DNA of 64,000 nucleotides, taken from the NCBI GenBank assembly GCA_964016885.1, contig OZ024742.1, forward strand, positions 60,698,001-60,762,000, written 5' to 3'. This DNA comes from Eledone cirrhosa. Its lineage: Eukaryota. This document shows, in pieces, positions 42,505-57,088 of this stretch. A program made the translations under genes and the position numbers. The notes under the pieces are model-generated. The model was not told where the DNA came from. It worked only from the letters and a program-made list of their open reading frames with translations, and searched no databases. The stretch's first letter is position 1. Each line of letters begins with the position of its first letter.

Positions 42505-43472
42505 TTCGTTTCGGAATTTGTTTAGCAAGATTCTTTATCTGAAAACGTGTGTTGAGACCGATATTATTATACTTTGGGAGGGTCATGTTGCCAATAAGAA
42601 ACACACGCAATAGTGCTTTCACTTCAATTTATTATAATAAATTTATAAATTTAGGAATTTATAAATTTCCGGTTGGTTGGTTGGTTCCACAACCAGATGG
42701 TTGATTATATATTGTCAAAGTTCTTTCGTCACACATTCTGTGACCTCTTCAGTGACTGGGGATTCTTTTCTTTGTTTTTTGTGCCTCTCCTTTGTTCTGT
42801 CCCACGCCATCTTGTTTTTGTGTGTGTGTTGTGTGCTTAGTTTGCGCATGTGTTACATCCGGGTGTCTGTGTGTGTTTATATTCGTTTATTTATTTGTTT
42901 ATTTACATGTTACTGGTTGGTTGTTTGTTCTATGTGCGTGTGTGTTTTCATTTTGTCCTTAATTGTAAGTTGTGATGTTGCTGTTCCACTCATGTTTTCT
43001 ATGAACTCCAACCAAAATTAAATAGAAAACATGAGTAGAACAGTAACATCACAACTTACAATTAAGGACAAAATGAAAACACACACGCACATAGAACAAA
43101 CAACCAACCAGTAACATCTAAATAAACAAATAAATAAACGAATATAAACGAATATAAACACACACAGGCACCCGGATGTAACACATGCTCAAACTAAGCA
43201 CACAACACACACACAAAAACAAGATGGCGTATGACAGAACAAAGGAGAGGCACAAACAACAAAGAAAAGAATCCCCAGTCACTGAAGAGGTCACAGAATG
43301 TGTGACGAAATAACTTTGACAATATATAAACAACAATCTGGTTGTGGAACCAACCAACCAACCGGAAATTTATAAATTCCTAAATTTATAAATTTATTAT
43401 AATAAATTGAAGTGAAAGAAACTGGTGCGTGTGTTTCTTATTGGCAACATGACCCGCCCAAAGTATAACAAT
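42505..43472. mobile_element. Inverted-duplicate solo pLTR of the 8447 PLE family
   Basis: Two ~450-bp arms joined at the ORF C-terminus (aactccaaccaaaattaaa loop near 43003-43021). Confidence 0.88.
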
Positions 43473-43490
43473 ATATATATATATATATAT

Positions 43491-44146
43491 TTCTTATTTT
43501 ACGTCTCTTATATTATTGTTCTGCAACCCCATGCATTGAACCACACTGTTATTAAGACAAAACCTATATATTTGCTAGCATTGATATGCGTCTGTATGTA
43601 TATATATGTTACTAGATAGGAATTCTTTATTATTATCTCCAAATTATTTGTCGAGCAATATTGGCCATGACTGCTGCTACGGTTGTAGGCAGGCCGCTGT
43701 CTTATTAGCAAACCACTTTCCACTGATTGACCTCGATGTCACGTGTTCGATTCTTTTTGAATTTGCCACAGACGTAGAGGCAGTGATTTTCTCAATGGCT
43801 TGGAATTCAGTCCACGCTTTGCTATTTCCTATCCACTGAATTATTTTTTAATAAGTTTCCAGTGTCCTCGCATTGCCTGGAAACTTACATGAGAATAGAT
43901 TTTCCTGACGACGGAATGCTTTTCAATATTATTCTTCGGAAAATATATTTACTCCATTCCAGAAACTAATTAGTTGGAAGTGATATTTTAGTAAGTAAGT
44001 TAATTTTATAATTTTCTTATTTTACGTCTCTTATATTATTGTTCTGCAACCCCATGCATTGAACCACACTGTTATTAAGACAAAACCTATATATTTGCTA
44101 GCATTGATATGCATCTGTATGTATATATATGTTACTAGATATTCTT

Positions 44147-44150
<4 letters not shown>
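43491..44150 (+). mobile_element. 523-bp non-coding HHR unit with ~128-bp terminal direct repeats
   Basis: 43491-43618 repeated at 44014-44141; HHR at 43899-43981: ATTTTC-CTGACGA-cGGAATG...CATTCCa-GAAA-CTAATTAG-TT-GGAAGT; (TA)n flanks. Confidence 0.78.
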
Positions 44151-44222
<72 letters not shown>

Positions 44223-44357
44223 TTATATATATATGAGTTTGTGTGTGTGTGTGTATGTGTGTGTATAGCCAGCATACATATATCATCATTAACATCATTC
44301 CTACATCCGGTTTTCCATGCTCGCATTGGTTATATATATAAATATATATATATGCAT

Positions 44358-47300
44358 TAGGGTGTTCCAGAATCCCACATTTTACACAAAAGTGTTTTAT
44401 TCTTAGCTGCCTGTGCATTTTCTCATGCCGTTTTGTATATTATCAATTTATAAAGTAATTTTGATTATTTCAGACTAATTTAAGCCTTGCCTAATAGTTG
44501 CAAATTGGCAGAATAATGGCGGAAACCAGTGGCCCTAGTTGTAGCTATTCGCTCCGTTGTGATGATCGAGAAATATGGCTCCTGGGGCAATATGTTACAT
44601 GCTTTTCAACAAACAAAATACCAACAAAGGGGGTGTTCTAAGATTTTTTTTCTACCTGAAAGATGGTCCTATGAAACACGAAAAGCATGTGAGCTTCAAT
44701 GGTGCTATTGCGGATAACGTCTGATCGAAATAGTTAGTCAGTGGGAAAAGCTGGTGTGGCGAATCAACCAAAAGACAAGGTGAAACTGAAAATTATGAAC
44801 ATGTACAGTGAATACAGAAATTTACAAAAAAACAAAGGTTCTAAGTCAAACAAAGAAAAGGAAGCACTATTTATTTCTGAATTGGATTCGTATTTTTACA
44901 TTGCACTTACTGATGCTGAAAAGATAATTTTGAAAGACCGTCTTCGTAATAATTGTTTCTACTTTAGGCACAAGGCTAGCAATTACCCAGTACATTACTG
45001 GTACTTTATTTTATCTACCCTGTAAGGATGAAAGGCAAAGTTAACCTTGGCGGGCTTTGAACTCAGACTGTAAAGGCACATTAATATGTTAGAAAGCATG
45101 GCGTCCAGCCCTCTACCGATACTGCCAATTCACCGCCATTCGTAATAATTGTTTCTACTTTAGGCACAAGGCTAGCAAACACCCAGTGCATTACTGGTAC
45201 TTTATTTTATCGACCTCGTAAGGATGAAAGGCAAAGTCAACCTTACGGGGCCATTCGTAATAATGAACAGAAAATGGAAAATGCTACATTTCTCGAAACC
45301 CTGCGTTGCCAGAAAAAAGTATCTCTCGGTGCTGAAGACAAGGGTTACCAGAAAAAGGTATCTTCAAAGTTTAAGCGCGATCAGGTTTCTGTGGATCGTC
45401 GAGAGTCAGAGAACCATATAAAGCTTTGTCAGGATCCGTAGCAGCACAACTTCCACGTAATGAACTGAGTGATTCAAGTTCAACCAATGATGAAACTGAA
45501 GATGAACAGGATCCTGAATTTCAGGCTTCAAACCCACCCAGAGACTGCCCAAAGTCAGACAAGAAACGAAAAATCCAGCTGGAACTCCCAAAGAATCCAT
45601 TTCAAAGTCCAACAATTTCTCTAATGGCTGATCTTTTAAACCAGACACTCGGCCAGAGAACAGCTTTTATGCCATCGATTATTTATGAGGGTGGGACTGA
45701 CAGACACTACAACTCTCTCCAAGAATAGTAGCAGACGTGCAGCTAAGAAGATCAGAACTGTGGGGGCTGAACACATAAAGGAACAAGTTGCTGTACCAGA
45801 CTTTGTTACCTTGCATTGGGATGACAAAATAATTCCTGGTTACCACGAGAAGCTAGGTGTGCTAGTTGCTGGAACTCCGGACTTCAGAGAAGGTAAACTC
45901 CTCGGTGTTCCCATAATTGCTGATAGCACTGGAACCACCCAAGCCAAAGCATCATTTGATCTTGTTAAAGATTAGAATGTTGATGGGTCTGTGGTGGGCT
46001 TGGTCTTCGACACAACTACTTCGAATTCTGGATGGAAAAATAGTGCCTGCGTGAAACTAGAAGAGATGCTCAACAAAAAGGTGTTTTATTTTGCTTGTTG
46101 GTACCATGTCATGGAGCGTATCTTGTGTGCAGTGTGCCATCAACTATTCGGAGCAATGTCCAGTCCAGACACCCCAGAGTTCAAGGAGTTAAAAGATGAT
46201 TGGGTGTCACTCAGGGACAAGACCAACTTTAAAATATTAAACATTGTCGACCGGAGCCTCAAGCGCCTGTGTTCTGAGAACATCAAGTTCCTCAAAGATT
46301 TGCTCCCATCCGACGATGGGGAAATGAGTTCTCTTCCACGGGACTACTACCGAGAATGTGCCGATTTGATGTTGATCTTGCTTGGTGTCACCCCTCCTCG
46401 TGGAATTCATTGGATACTGCCTGGTGCACATCATAACGCTCGTTGGATGTACACAATCATCTATAGTGCAAAGATGTATGCATTTGGTGAGCGACTCAAT
46501 TACGATCAAGCTAGAATGGAAAAGTTGCGCCGGTTTTGTATGTTCAATGCTCTATTCTACGTGTGATACTGGCTGACAGCAGTCAAGTGTGCTGATGCAC
46601 AATCCAATGACCTTCAATTATACGTGGAGTTGACACAGTACAGTAAGGTTGACAGAGATCTCTCGCAGGCAGCCACTACTGCTCTGAGCAGGCATCTTTG
46701 GTACCTGACGGAGGAAGCCATTCCGCTAGCGCTGTTTTCAAGTCTGGTCCAAGAGTCCGAGAAGAAAGAAAGTCTTGTCAAAACGAAATAGCTCAAAGTC
46801 TTGTCAAAACGAAAATATCTGGGCCTCTCGACCGTGGTGCTCCAGTATTTCCTGAGTTGAAGTCGTCCACGAATCTGCCTCATCTAGTTGGGAAGAAATC
46901 AAGGCTTCTGTTCGATCTCCTTGGTCTCGACGATACTTGGCTTGAGCTGTCACCTACAACTTGGTCATTATAAGCGTCATATCAATATGCTGTTGTTCAC
47001 AATATCAATGTAGTCAACAATCTGGCGGAGAGAGCAATCAAGTTGATAACTGATTTTGTTGCCATCACCAAGAATGAGGAGGAGAAGCAGTGTGCTCTTC
47101 AAGTAGTCGAAGCTCATCGTCGCAAATTTCCGGATTGCAAAAAAGTAAATCTGAAAAAAATATGACTGGAGTTAACTTAACTGAACTTGTTTCTTCCTTG
47201 TACGCCTTTATATTCAAAGCTGGTTTACTAAATACAATGGATTAATAAAATAAGCAATTACTGTATGGTCATATTTGGTTTCACATTTTCATGATTTCAT

Positions 47301-47470
47301 GCAACATAATCACACTTTCCACTATAATCACCATGATATAGGCAAGACTCAAAATAATTTGTTTTATACAAAATATGTTTTATTTTACCAATTGGCGCGT
47401 TTATAATGGGAAAATATACAGGGAGCGTTAGTATTGTGATCCTGCTTTTTATGGCACACTCTATACATAC
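44358..47470 (+). mobile_element. hAT-type (hATm-like) DNA transposon with decayed transposase (~44520-47165)
   Basis: Left end TAGGGTG; TLHWDDK, GKLLGVP, GLVFDTTTSNSG...ACVKLE, ACWYHVME, PGAHHNARWM, RHLWYLTEE, VVNNLAERAIKL; right terminus not found (right boundary approximate); subfamily name from memory. Confidence 0.8.
44947..45253 (-). mobile_element. Two tandem SINE family A copies inside the transposase
   Basis: TTCGTAATAAT repeated at ~44943, ~45139 and ~45254 (TSD-like). Confidence 0.85.
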
Positions 47471-47510
47471 AGAGGATTCTCTCTTGCCCTTTCTTCCCCT
47501 TTCTATTTTT

Positions 47511-47651
<141 letters not shown>

Positions 47652-48224
47652 TGATATTCCGAGGAGTCGGGTATGAACAACCTTTGCAATTCTATTTAAA
47701 GATGAATATCAATTACTGTTTTCCGTTTTCATTAATATAATCATTACTTTACGGCTTCTATATTATTCGTTCAAATTCTGATATACGTTGTTGTTATTGA
47801 GTTTAAAGAATGAGAATGGCCTTGTTGAAACTCAATGGTGATTGCAGCCTTTATGTATCGTTCAGATAATGTATACCATCAATTAGATCAAAGCAGATAA
47901 CATGTGGTCATTGTTCTTTTTTAATTTTCTTATTTATATGATGTTGGTACTACTGAGCTACGGTGAATTTGAAGGATGACACCTATATTTAATGCTGATC
48001 CATGACTATATTATATTTTAACCAGATATAATACATCTAATTTGGCGAATTAGCAGTCGGTAGAACGTTGCGTATAATGCTTTACGATATACGTTCCCTC
48101 CTTCATTACTCTGAATTTAAATTCCTCTGAGGCCAACTGTACATTCGAGCTTGATAAATAAAGAAATAAAGTACAATTTCAGTAATTGGAGAAATTCATC
48201 CTCTATTATTTTCCTAACCTACGC

Positions 48225-48281
<57 letters not shown>

Positions 48282-48841
48282 GTACCCCCCCCCCCCACGC
48301 ACACACAATCCCACCTTCATTCTCTTACTAGTTTTTATCATTTCACTGTTCCTAACACTCAGCCATTCTTTCTCTCATCTCTCACTCTCTTTGTCTCTCA
48401 CTCTATCTACCTCTCTCTCTGCTAATAAATATATATATGTATGATTTTGTGTGTAATATGTATTAGGGTGGCCCTTATTTTTCAACTCTCTAAATGTTTA
48501 GCTCCCATACCCCTTTTCTGTTCCAATTAACACAACACCAATCTATGCAAAACCTTAGTTCAAGTGGAGGACGGCAAGGCGACCTTCATCGACCGTGAAA
48601 TTTTTGAGTTTTTCTCCCAGAAAGTCATTTTTTCAGATAAAAATCTTTTTATCTCTTATATAATTTTCTCTTCAATTAAAAACTTGTTCAAACTTCTTGG
48701 TATTAGAAGGATAGGTGACAATAAATATATTGGGGAAGGCAACTTGCAAAGCTGGGGACAGAGCGCAAGTATAGGTAAACACCTATTTTTCGCTGTGAAA
48801 GCAGCAAAATTTTAACTATTGCACATATCCGTATGTCGTTG

Positions 48842-50282
<1,441 letters not shown>

Positions 50283-50309
50283 ATATATATACATATATAT
50301 ATATACATA

Positions 50310-51566
50310 TATAAAAACTTAACTTAAAGCAATAAAACAACACTACAAAACAAAATATTTTAGTAACAGATGGGCAGAACGTAATATCTGCCTCCCAACC
50401 ACTAAATGGGAGACGGGTATTACGCAATCCACCTGCACTGCTATCACAACCTATCCATGGTATACCCGCTACCCACAACAAAGAATGTAACTGCCATCTA
50501 CCTGAAAGATGTCCATTGAAGAATGAATGCCTAAAGTCCAACATTGTTTACCAATGCACGGTTGAATCGAACGACCAGAAATGGTATTATTTCGGATCTA
50601 CCATCACCTAGTTTAAATCTCGCTGGTACCGTCATCGATTCTCAATCAAACATCCTAATCACCGTTTTGTGACCACGCGCGCCAACACAACCTGGCAACT
50701 CCGTGAACGCAACCAACAGTTCACCTTAAAATGGGATATACTTTCCAGCGCAAGTGCATATCGGAGTGGATTGAAGTACTGTAGGTTATGTAACCTTGAA
50801 CTCTTTTACATATTAAAATCCAAAAATAAACTACTTAACGATAGAATTGAACGATCATTATACTGCAACCACAAACTAAAAGCTAAATTCTCTCACTATA
50901 AAATAACTTAACATTCGAACCCGTAACTATAACATCGCTTTCTAGCTAACCGCCTTCTCTTCCTCCACACTACAAGACAATACACTGCTTATCACTATAA
51001 ATGGTAACCCAGTGCAATTCGCAGATTACTACTACGAACCCAACGTTCACTCACCACATAGACTTCGTCTGTCCCCTCTCTATCTCTCTCTCTCTACATC
51101 CATTACACACTCTCTCTCTCTCGCCTTTGGCCTACCTCCCTCCCTCTCCACATCTATGAACCTGCCCTCTGGGGCAATAAATAATTCCGGCCTTAACCAT
51201 CAACGCATCTCTCCAAAAGTAACCAGTATAATAAAACCCCTACCATAACATTTTGATTAAGATATCTACAAACGACTCTCTCCTATTTCTCCAACCCCTG
51301 CATATCTTTCTCACTCTCTCCCTCTCCCCTACTTTTCTCTCTTCCTTTTCTACTCTATATTCTCCAACAACACCACTTAAGGGTATTTACATTGTACATT
51401 TTAACCATTCTGCTCTAAGGATACAGTGGTCACAGCATTGGATATTTGAGTTCTGCAAATAGTTGTAAACTTGCACATAGCATAACTAGGCTGTAGTACC
51501 ACCGTGGAAACATTTGTAAGCACACGGAATAAATTACCTTTTTATGATGTCTACCTGTTATTATTC

Positions 51567-51570
<4 letters not shown>
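50310..51570 (+). mobile_element. 5'-truncated PLE, GIY-YIG (CNC..CPL type) plus pLTR
   Basis: ECNCHLPERCPLKNECLKSNIVYQCTV...YFGST..FKSRWYRH...LKWDIL...YCRLCNLE; degenerate HHR at 51411-51521. Confidence 0.82.
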
Positions 51571-51652
<82 letters not shown>

Positions 51653-51656
<4 letters not shown>

Positions 51657-52078
51657 TAAGAGGAATTCCAACTTTGTCTGATTTACTCGTTTTATTTACA
51701 ATCCTTTAAAATATATATAATGGTATTATAATGAAATAGTATGATAGAATATTAAATTCTAAGTGTTAATTGAACAAGTACTTTCATGCTTTCGCAATCT
51801 TCAGGTTCATGATATGTGGTGACAGTCGAGTTTGCAATTTTCAACTGCAGTTGAAAATTGCAAACTCGACTGTCACCACATATCATGAACCTGAAGATTG
51901 CGAAAGCATGAAAGTACTTGTTCAATTAACACTTAGAATTTAATATTCTATCATACTATTTCATTATAATACCATTATATATATTTTAAAGGATTGTAAA
52001 TAAAACGAGTAAATCAGACAAAGTTGGAATTCCTCTTATTAATATAATCTTCTATACACAATCATACACACCCGTGTA
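51653..52078. mobile_element. Fold-back solo pLTR of the 16322 PLE family with two HHRs (51771-51809 minus, 51886-51924 plus)
   Basis: Perfect loopless palindrome centred on caactgcagttg; TGAAC-CTGAAGA-TTGCgaaaGCAT-GAAA-GTAC-TT-GTTCA. Confidence 0.88.
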
Positions 52079-52096
52079 CCTATCTATATCTATATC

Positions 52097-52129
<33 letters not shown>

Positions 52130-52132
52130 GTA

Positions 52133-52185
<53 letters not shown>

Positions 52186-52284
52186 GCTCTCCTTACTTGC
52201 ATTGCTATTCTCCACGCTCCCCTTTTCTCATTGTATTTGTATATAAACAAGTACATAGATACAAGGAAAAGGGGAGAGAAACGT

Positions 52285-53441
52285 GAAAAGGAGAGCAAGG
52301 AGAGCAAGGAGAGCAAGGAGAAACGGAGAGCAAGGAGAGCAAGGAGAGAAAGGAGAAACGGAGAGCAAGGAGAGCAATGAGAAAAGGAGTGCGAGGAGAA
52401 CAATGAGGAAAGGATATAAAGAGAGAAATGAGAAAAGGAGAACAAGGAAAGCAATGAGAAAATATAGCAAGGATTGCAATGAGAACAGGAGAGCAAGGAA
52501 AAAAGGAATCAATGAGAAAAGGAGAGCAAGGAAAAAAGGGATCAATGAGAAAAGGAGAGCAAGGAGAACAAGGAGAAAGGGAGAGGAAGGAGAGCGATGA
52601 GAAAATATAGCAAGGATTGCAATGAGAACAGGAGAGCAAGGAGAAAAGGAATCAAAGAGAAAGGGGGAGCAAGGAGAGCAATGAGAAAAGAAGAGCAAGA
52701 AGAACAAGGAGAAAAGGAGAGCAAGGAGAAAATATAGCAAGGATTGCAATGAGAACAGAAGAGCAAAGAGAAAAGGGATAAATGAGAAAGGGAGAGCAAG
52801 GAGAGCACTGAGAAAAGAAGAGCAAGGAGAACAAGGAGAAAGGGAGAGCAAGGAGAGCAAGGAGGAAATATAGCAAGGATTGCAATGAGAACAGGAGAGC
52901 AAGGAGAACAAGGAGAAAAGGAGAGGAAGGAGAGCAATGAGAAAAGGAGAACAAGGAGAGCAATGAGAAAATATAGCAAGGATTGCAATGAGAACAGGAG
53001 AGCAAGGAGAAAAGGGATCCATGAGAAAAGGAGAACAAGGAGAGCAATGAGAACAGGAGAGCAAGGAGAGCAAGGAGAAAAGGGATCAATGAGAAAGGGA
53101 GAGCAACGAGAGAAACGAGAAAAGGAGAGCAAGGAGAACAAGGAGAAAAGGTGAGCAAGGAGAGCAATGAGAAAGGGAGAGTAATGATTGCAATGAGAAA
53201 ATGAGAGCAAAGAGAGAAAGGAGAAAAGGGGATCAATGAGAAAGGGGGAGCAAGGAAAGCAATGTGAAAAGGTTAGCGAGGAGAACAAGGAGGAAAGGAG
53301 AGCAAGGAGAGCAATGAGACGAGGATAGGAGGGAGAGCAATGAGAAAAGGATAGCAAGGAGTGCAGTGAGAACAGGAGAGCAAGGAGTGCAATGAGAAAA
53401 TGAGAGCAATGAGGATCAATGTGAAAGGGAGAGCAAGGAGA
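52285..53441 (+). repeat. Purine-rich minisatellite, base unit GGAGAGCAA with higher-order repeats
   Basis: aatatagcaaggattgcaatgagaacag recurs five times. Confidence 0.9.
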
Positions 53442-53837
53442 GGTTAAGGCAACTATTGCTGAATTTATGCTGGATGTAGACGATCGTGAAGAAGAGGAAG
53501 AAGAAAAAAAATCAACTGAAAAGTTACATTCTGCACCAAAATGACTGTTCTTCCTTTACAAACACCGAGTTTTCGTCTTTTGTAACTCTAGGTACAAAAA
53601 CTTTCTTTACGAGATTTTCTATCAACACCAATTTCCTCGACAAAGACCCTTGAACATGGAAGAGTGATCCTGGTTACACAAGTGGACTTGAAAAACTTGA
53701 GAAGACAGTTGTTGTGAATGATGTTGCAGGAAGACCTGTCAAACTCATTCACGAAAAATGAAACTGAGAAACAATTTGTTTTACAGATCGTTACTGAAAA
53801 CCGTAAAACACCCAACACCCACTATATCCTCTCTTAT

Positions 53838-55100
53838 ATAATTGTTTCTACTTTTGGCACAAGGCCAGCATTTATCCAGTGTATTACTGGTACTTTATTT
53901 TAAATACCACATATGGATGAAAGGCAAAGTTAACCTCGGCGCGATTTGAACTCAGAATGGCAAGGGCCGTAACTCTATGCGTCAAAGCATAGTATCCGAC
54001 CCTCTACCAATACTGCCAATCCCAAAGCAAAATAATTGTTTCTACGTTAGGCACAAGGCCAGCAATTAACCAGTGCATTACTGGTACTATATTTTATCGA
54101 CCCCGTAAGGATGAAAGGCAAAGTTAACCTTGGCGGGATTTGAACTCAGAATGGCAAGGGCCGTAAAAGCATGGACCGTAAAATATGTCAAAGCATGGCG
54201 TCCGACCCTCTACCAATACTGCCAATCCACCCGCCAATCCCAAAGCAAAATAATGTTCAATATTCTGTTCATTGTTTACATTATGTTTTTGATTTTTTAG
54301 AAATTATTGTTGTAAATAAAACTGCGTTTCTCTTATAGAAAACCTAATATTTCTTAAGTCTTTCATGTTATTTCAGGAATTTTTCAAATTAACTATTGGT
54401 AAATTTGTTTCAGAACGTTTTTAAACATTTGCTAGGGTTGCCTGAATGTGTCCAAATAAAAGAAAACGGTCGAGATGGGGGTCAGTATACCACTTTTGAA
54501 CAGAATTAATCGTTGCGTGTACGATCTGCCAAATTCAAGGCGATTGAGGGTCGCCTAATAGTTGTCCGATTAAGCTGCAACACGCAGTATTTTTCTTGAA
54601 TGGAACAGGATTAGATGGTGGGAGCAGCCAAAGTTTAACTTTCGGAAAATTACCTGTAGCTAAGGGCCACCCTAATGTGTATGTATAGAAATGGGGAGAG
54701 GGAGAGAGAGAGAAAGCGAGAAATGGAGAGAGAGAGAGATGTCGATGTACGCACACACACACACACACACACAGACCTTCGTAAGTACATCCATAATTAA
54801 TCAATAATTTTCAAGTTTTCTATAGGTATCTATGGATATTACGGAACATTATTTTAATACCATTTAAGGGAGGTGGATTGGCAGTATCGGTAGTGGGTCG
54901 GACGCCATGCTTTGATGTATAAGAGTTAGGGCCCTTGCCATTCTGAGTTCAAATCCCGCCGAAGTTAACTTTGCCTTTCATCTTTACGGGGTCGATATAA
55001 TAAAGTACCAGTAATGCACTGGATATTTGTGGCCTTGTGCCAAAAGTAGAAACAATTATTTTAATACCATTTAAGGGAGGTGAATTGGCAGTATCGGTAG
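53838..55100. mobile_element. Cluster of SINE family A copies (53840-54020 minus, 54032-54235 minus, 54868-55058 plus)
   Basis: Same consensus; flanking duplications cccaaagcaaaataat and attttaataccatttaagggagg. Confidence 0.8.
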
Positions 55101-55149
55101 ATATTACCCATATTATAGGCGCCGTGATCCCTCAATCCGGAGAGGTAGC

Positions 55150-55530
55150 GGCTATACCTGGACTGAGATTTAATCTCCGATCTAAACACTTTATCGAGTA
55201 AGGTTAATCCATAATTCCTTCGAATGAATCCCCTTTCGGTCCCTTCTACTCACGAGCGTATTTGTTTAGTCATTACCCAAAATTCATGCCCATGGGAAAG
55301 GGTTGGGACGAATGGTGAATTGAATATAGCGAGTTTCGCTTTTACACCTACCTCTCTCTTTTTTATGACCGAATGCTGAAGCTACTGTATTACTGCACAG
55401 CTCGTGCAATTTTTGAACTGAATTCAGCCTTTTGCCATCCATCACACAATATCACCGCCCCGAGATACTTCAACTTGTCCACCCGCTTCAGTAGAACTTC
55501 ATTCACATTTTCTCATGTAGAGTGCATTGC
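55150..55530 (-). mobile_element. RTE-clade LINE fragment
   Basis: Minus strand LKRVDKLKYLG...VGVKAKLAIFNS.FVPTLSHGHEFWVMT. Confidence 0.7.
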
Positions 55531-55566
55531 ACAGGTTTCCTTTAGAGGGCCAGTGTCTCAGATATT

Positions 55567-55621
<55 letters not shown>

Positions 55622-55667
55622 CATGAGCTTTTTATCGGCAGTGGAAATCAAAACTTTCTTTAAAAAA

Positions 55668-55858
55668 ATAATTGTATCTACTTTTGGCCCAAGGCCAGCA
55701 ATTATCCACTGTATTACTGGTACTTTATTTTATCAACCCCGTAAAGATGAAATGCAAAGTTAACCTCGGCAGGATTTGAACTCAGAATGGCAAGGGCTGT
55801 AACTCTATGCGTCAAAGCAGGGCGTCTGACCCTCTACCGATACAGCCAATCCTCCGCC
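55668..55858 (-). mobile_element. SINE family A
   Basis: Consensus match. Confidence 0.85.
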
Positions 55859-56229
55859 CATTCTTTCTAAAAATAATAATCTATTATAAGTAATATATAT
55901 TTTAATTCTATTGGAAATCCATGTATCAACATTTGTATCTTATGCCCATCAGACTTTATTAGTTGTGGATATCAGCCAATTAGTATTTCCCTTGTAAATA
56001 TCGTTTTGAAAATAAAGCATATATGATATATCAATAATATTGGATTTTGAAATGCTACTCTAGGTTATATAAGCGTGGAGGAACATGGCCAAGTGGTGCA
56101 AGTGTAATGCTCGTGACCATAATATCGTGAATCTGATTCCGATGCTGAAAATAAGTAAAAGACGCAGTTTATGGTTATCCCTGCAACAGCCGTGAATTCC
56201 GTCCAGGGGATAGTCTTGTACCTTTATTC

Positions 56230-56760
56230 GTTTATCACTAATGAAATAGAGATAAGAATTGCAAAAACTGATGAAGTAACGCACCAGCTTCAGCATTCAG
56301 TAATCAGAAGAAGGAAGGTAGGCGTAAATGCCTGGCTATCGTCAATTCGGTTTTCGTGCAAACCCTTACCTGTGATTATGAATCTTCGGTAATGACCGAA
56401 AGATTACGATCGCAAATACAAGTGGCCGAAATGGGATACTACCAAAGGGATTTGGAGTAAGGTTACTCGATAAAGTGCTGAACTCGGAGATCAGAGAGTC
56501 GCTGCAGGTTGAGCCGCTACGTCTCCGAATTGGGAGATCACTACTCCAAGGAAGATGATTGGATAACATGCTGGTCACGCTTGCGGATCCAGCTGGATCA
56601 GTTGGAGACGCTTGCTTCTGACAGGAACTGCTGGAAGGGGTGTTTGAGGACTCTGCGCCCCCGACCCTCTTAGGAATAAATGGGCAAAGAAAAAGAAGAA
56701 GAAAAAGAAGAAGAAGAAGAAGAAGAAGAAGAAGAAGAAGAAGAAGAAGAAGAAGAAGAG
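56230..56760 (+). mobile_element. RTE-clade LINE 3' end with (GAA)n tail
   Basis: EIEIRIAK...LAIVNSVFVQTLTCDYES.VMTERLRSQIQVAEM...; ends in (GAA)n at 56692-56760. Confidence 0.75.
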
Positions 56761-56856
56761 ATAAGCTTACAACCTCGTAAATTGTTTTATGCATACACAC
56801 AATCACACAAACAAACACACGCACCCACCCACATACACATACACACACACATATAC

Positions 56857-56896
<40 letters not shown>

Positions 56897-56997
56897 AGAA
56901 ATTAAATGATGGTTAAAAGAGTTCCATATATTTTATTATGCGCATTTCGAAAACAACATCATCCTGGGACAAAAGTTGTGTTCAGTCTACACATATA

Positions 56998-57079
<82 letters not shown>

Positions 57080-57088
<9 letters not shown>

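Noticed and set aside
52228-53357. Long Leu/Ser/Phe-rich ORFs resembling membrane proteins
   Set aside because: Antisense reading of the 9-bp purine minisatellite
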